Source: Candidatus Poribacteria bacterium
GTDB lineage: Bacteria; Poribacteria; WGA-4E; PCPOR2b
Direction of reading: 5' to 3'
Length of the DNA: 64,000 bases
NCBI GenBank assembly: GCA_022822785.1
Contig: JAJEAL010000117.1
Span: 4,747 to 68,746, forward strand
The number at the start of each line of letters is the position of its first letter. Position 1 is the stretch's first letter. The notes under the pieces were generated by a model. That model ran no database searches and had not been told where the DNA came from. It saw only the letters and a program-made list of their open reading frames with translations. Both the position numbers and the translations under genes were made by a program. Below, piece after piece: positions 60,533 through 64,000 of this stretch.

Positions 60533-63500
60533 ATGTCACACAACGTTACTGCATTTTGGCATAAGGAATCCTTTGAAGGATTGATGAAAGAACGGTTACC
60601 AGAACTTCTCGCTGACCGGATGCCGCTCGCCGGTTATCATTTTGAGTCAACCGATACGTACACCTGTCGAGTCAGAGTTGTAATAGCGTCAACCGGGGGC
60701 TATATTGAGGTCGAATACACTGACATTCCGCAACCTGATACAGACGGTGTGTTCATGCTCAACGGTGAATCGTATATTGTCGTGCCGACCGCTTCGACTG
60801 TGAAACTGAAACAAGCGAAGATCGAATGTGTAGGCGATCAACTGTACGACTACTTCAAAGCACGTATCAGGGAAGCACCGCCAGATCTGGCATGGAATAC
60901 GTCGCTAGTCCACTTGTGGCTTCCGATTGATAGATGGGTGCGTGAATTTTTTAGCGATACATACACCGCTCAGAAACTCGCTCAGACCAACTGGCTTGAC
61001 AAGCATTCACATCTGCGTAGGGTACGGATTTCACAAGGGAATCAGGTGTTTAGCCCTGGACACTTTGGGCGGACTTGTCCATTTGAGACGCCAGAGGGAC
61101 CCAACGTTGGCAAGATTCTAACGATTGCGAGGGGTGCAGAGATTCGTGATGGAAAATTGGTTATCGTGGATGATACTCCTGAAGCGACGCTTGGTTTATC
61201 TGCAGCGCTGATCCCTTTTCTCGAACACAACGACCCATCGCGAATACTCATGGGTGCAAACATGATGCGCCAGTGGTTATCCCCGTCTACTCCAGAGACT
61301 GCTCCGGTTAGGTGTTCCAACGAAATGTCAAGATCGGCTGCCTCTCCAGAACCTGCACTTGTCCAGACAGGTTACGAGCCCGATGTCCCCGACTTTTGGT
61401 GTGGGCGTAATCTGTTGACCGCTTTTATCTCTTGGGGCGGGGATACTTTTGAGGATGGCATCGTGATTAGCGAGTCGTGTGCCGCACGTCTAAATTTTCC
61501 CTATGCCGTTGAACCGGGCGATAAGATTAGTAACCGTCACGGAACGAAAGGGGTCATTTCACGTATCATCCCTGACGATGAGATGCCTCATCTCGCCGAT
61601 GGTACGCCGGCAGAGCTTGTTTTCAGTTTTGGTGCTTTGCATGGACGGATGAACTTTGGTCAGATCCGTGAAGCGGTCATGAGCCGCATTGCGCGGGCGG
61701 AGGGGGAAGTCGCTATTGTGCCTCCATTTCAAGCACCTAGTGCCGATCAACTTCGTGAGCGACTCCAAAAGGTAGGATTGCCTGAAGATGGGATGGAAAT
61801 CCTCACCTTTGGGTCCAACGGTAAGGAACTGGATCGGCCAAGCACGGTTGGTTGGGTGTATTGGGGGAAGACGGTTCACATCGCGCTCGATAAGCTCAAG
61901 GTTTCCGAGCCTATCGTTCATGACGAACCTATATACCATCAGGGACTTGGCGAACTGGAATACTATACACTCCGTAATGCTTCAGCATTTGAGACTTTGC
62001 GGGAACATTTCAACACCCGCGCTTCGACGCGGGTAGATGCGGGGACACTTCCCGATCGCGTTGCAGCAGGAACAGTTGAGCAGGCGGGACCACCGACGCC
62101 GATGTTTGCCAAAATCAGGGGACGACTGTCGGCAGCAGGCATCCACGCCAACTTTGATGGTGACCAGCTGACTTTCCAATTTGCGCGTCCGACTGGGGAT
62201 ACACTTCAGCTTGTCCAGCCAGTTGCCCATCCGTGGCTACATGCTCAAACCATTGATGAAGTTGGTATATGTGAAGGCATTTCCGAGTATCGTGCACTTG
62301 CCGATGTCAATACTAGAGCAGAGCGGATGTTTGCAAATGATGCACCGGAAAGTCTAACCCTTCAAGTCCTGAAGCAACTCCAAACACGTCTTGCGGAATA
62401 CTTCGACGCGCTTCTAAGTCCCGCGGACATGCGCTTTACGGCACAAACGCTTTTCAGCGGACGCAGCGTCATTGTACCAGATGCAGAGTTACGCGCCGAT
62501 CAGGTTGGCATTCCGGAGCAGATGGCATGGGCGCTTTTCGGGCCTCAGGTTACAAAAGAACTCGGTGATGCCAAAGCAGTGCGAGGACGCAGCCAAAGTG
62601 CAACACAGGCACTTGATGAACTGATGGCGCGTTCATGGGTGATTGTACATCGAGCTCCGGCGTTTACGTCTACCACCCTTCTTGCATTCCATCCGGTGCG
62701 CCAACCGGACCGCACCATCCGTGTTCACCCCTTTGTTTGTGAGTTGATGAGTGCTGACTTTGATGGGGACCAAGCGGCGGTTTTTCTGCCCATCACAGCG
62801 GGGGGGCAACGGGAAGCCGGTGAGCAGCTGTCTATCGCCGGACATCTCAAACGAGATCCAAATGTGTGCACAGCGTTAGCCCCAGGGCATGACGCGATTT
62901 GGGGGTTGGCAAGTTTGAGTCTTACCCCTGAAGGATGTGACGAACTTTCAGAAGTTGTCGGGATGGAGATTGCTATCCCTGAGGGTTTGGTCACACGGCG
63001 CTCATTGGCAGATACGCTAAAAACACTCCTCAAACGCGAAGGAATTGATCGCACCATTGAAGTTGCTGAACGGCTAATGCAGCGTGGACTCGAAATTGTA
63101 AAGGAATCGGGAGCCTCCATGAGTCCGTTCCTCAGTAGGAGCGATGGTAGTCCTTCCATTCCTACGGACTCCGAGGATGTAACAGCATGGAACGCCTACG
63201 CGGAAGAACTTATGGAGTGGATTGCTGCTTACGAAGACTTTGCTGATAACAACTTGGGATCGCACATCCTCGCGGTCAAAAGCCGCGCCTTTACGAGTAG
63301 ACTTTATCGACTCGCTTGTGTTGTTGGGGCGCGAGGAGCGGTTTCAGATATTCGAGGCGGAGATATTGTGATTCGTAACGGGTATTGTGATGGTTTAACG
63401 TCTGATGAACTCTACACGCTATCTGTCGGCTCACGGGAAGGGCTTGTTCGCCTCAACTTGGAAGTGCAACGCGTTGCGTGGGAGTTCCGAGATAGCAGCC

Positions 63501-63652
63501 AATCGAAAGGGTTTACCGTTCTGTCTCGTGCGATGCGAGCCAGACATCCCGGCATCGTTTTCGCCCGTGCCGCAGCCTGCGGTGAAGTCGATCCGCTTAC
63601 AGATATTGATAGCCGGCTTTTCGTTGGGCTGCCTGTAGCAAGAACCGAGTGA
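60533..63652 (+). CDS. Single-chain miniaturised RNA polymerase beta-beta' (RpoB-RpoC) fusion protein
   Basis: Collinear RpoB motifs (GRTCPFETPEGPNVG; LIPFLEHNDPSRILMGANMMRQ; FEDGIVISE; GDKISNRHGTKGVIS; GRMNFGQ; VGWVYWGKTVH; QGLGELE), then RpoC motifs (PVAHPW; clamp helices; FSGRSVIV; HRAP; SADFDGDQ; GSREGL; C-terminal VFARAAACGEVDPL); RBS aggagg. Confidence 0.9.
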   Translation: MSHNVTAFWHKESFEGLMKERLPELLADRMPLAGYHFESTDTYTCRVRVVIASTGGYIEVEYTDIPQPDTDGVFMLNGESYIVVPTASTVKLKQAKIECVGDQLYDYFKARIREAPPDLAWNTSLVHLWLPIDRWVREFFSDTYTAQKLAQTNWLDKHSHLRRVRISQGNQVFSPGHFGRTCPFETPEGPNVGKILTIARGAEIRDGKLVIVDDTPEATLGLSAALIPFLEHNDPSRILMGANMMRQWLSPSTPETAPVRCSNEMSRSAASPEPALVQTGYEPDVPDFWCGRNLLTAFISWGGDTFEDGIVISESCAARLNFPYAVEPGDKISNRHGTKGVISRIIPDDEMPHLADGTPAELVFSFGALHGRMNFGQIREAVMSRIARAEGEVAIVPPFQAPSADQLRERLQKVGLPEDGMEILTFGSNGKELDRPSTVGWVYWGKTVHIALDKLKVSEPIVHDEPIYHQGLGELEYYTLRNASAFETLREHFNTRASTRVDAGTLPDRVAAGTVEQAGPPTPMFAKIRGRLSAAGIHANFDGDQLTFQFARPTGDTLQLVQPVAHPWLHAQTIDEVGICEGISEYRALADVNTRAERMFANDAPESLTLQVLKQLQTRLAEYFDALLSPADMRFTAQTLFSGRSVIVPDAELRADQVGIPEQMAWALFGPQVTKELGDAKAVRGRSQSATQALDELMARSWVIVHRAPAFTSTTLLAFHPVRQPDRTIRVHPFVCELMSADFDGDQAAVFLPITAGGQREAGEQLSIAGHLKRDPNVCTALAPGHDAIWGLASLSLTPEGCDELSEVVGMEIAIPEGLVTRRSLADTLKTLLKREGIDRTIEVAERLMQRGLEIVKESGASMSPFLSRSDGSPSIPTDSEDVTAWNAYAEELMEWIAAYEDFADNNLGSHILAVKSRAFTSRLYRLACVVGARGAVSDIRGGDIVIRNGYCDGLTSDELYTLSVGSREGLVRLNLEVQRVAWEFRDSSQSKGFTVLSRAMRARHPGIVFARAAACGEVDPLTDIDSRLFVGLPVARTE

Positions 63653-63681
63653 TGCAACATGAGTTAAAAATTATGTAGGGG

Positions 63682-64000
<319 letters not shown>

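Noticed and set aside
62147-62167. Second 'ANFDGDQ' resembling the catalytic motif
   Set aside because: Falls at the beta/beta' junction, lacks the first Asp and the RAP/HP..C context; probably coincidental.
60533-63652. Calling this the housekeeping rpoB or rpoC, or a simple pseudogene
   Set aside because: Far too short, fused and outside the ribosomal-protein operon, yet one uninterrupted 1039-codon ORF with a strong RBS and deletions that spare the catalytic blocks, which is unlike random decay.

Overview
Bacterial chromosomal window, gene-dense, with moderate GC (estimated by eye). The gene repertoire resembles sponge-symbiotic Candidatus Poribacteria; this is inference from many PhyH dioxygenases, giant TPR, ankyrin and LRR proteins, a secreted protein ending in 'AVxPxxKLTATWGxIK', a cohesin/dockerin/FlgD-Ig LRR protein and many palindromic MITEs. 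Contents in order: a 2946-aa TPR protein and a MoxR/DUF58/VWA operon; an APH(6)-like kinase; a CotH-ankyrin fusion; a TctCBA transporter; a divergent sigma-54-like protein; five PhyH genes; a putative nuclease and a decayed mazEF; an N-methylglutamate (methylamine) cluster; and the 3' part of bioD. The standout is at 59.6-63.7 kb. An ECF sigma factor with an ECF-type promoter sits directly upstream of a 1039-aa ORF that is a single-chain, heavily miniaturised RpoB-RpoC fusion. It keeps the two-barrel catalytic motifs (ADFDGD, GDK..H.GxKG) and the sigma-2-binding clamp helices, but appears to lack the flap, both Zn sites and the trigger loop. It is a candidate dedicated 'mini RNA polymerase + sigma' system. 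All homology calls come from motifs recognised by eye; no searches were run.
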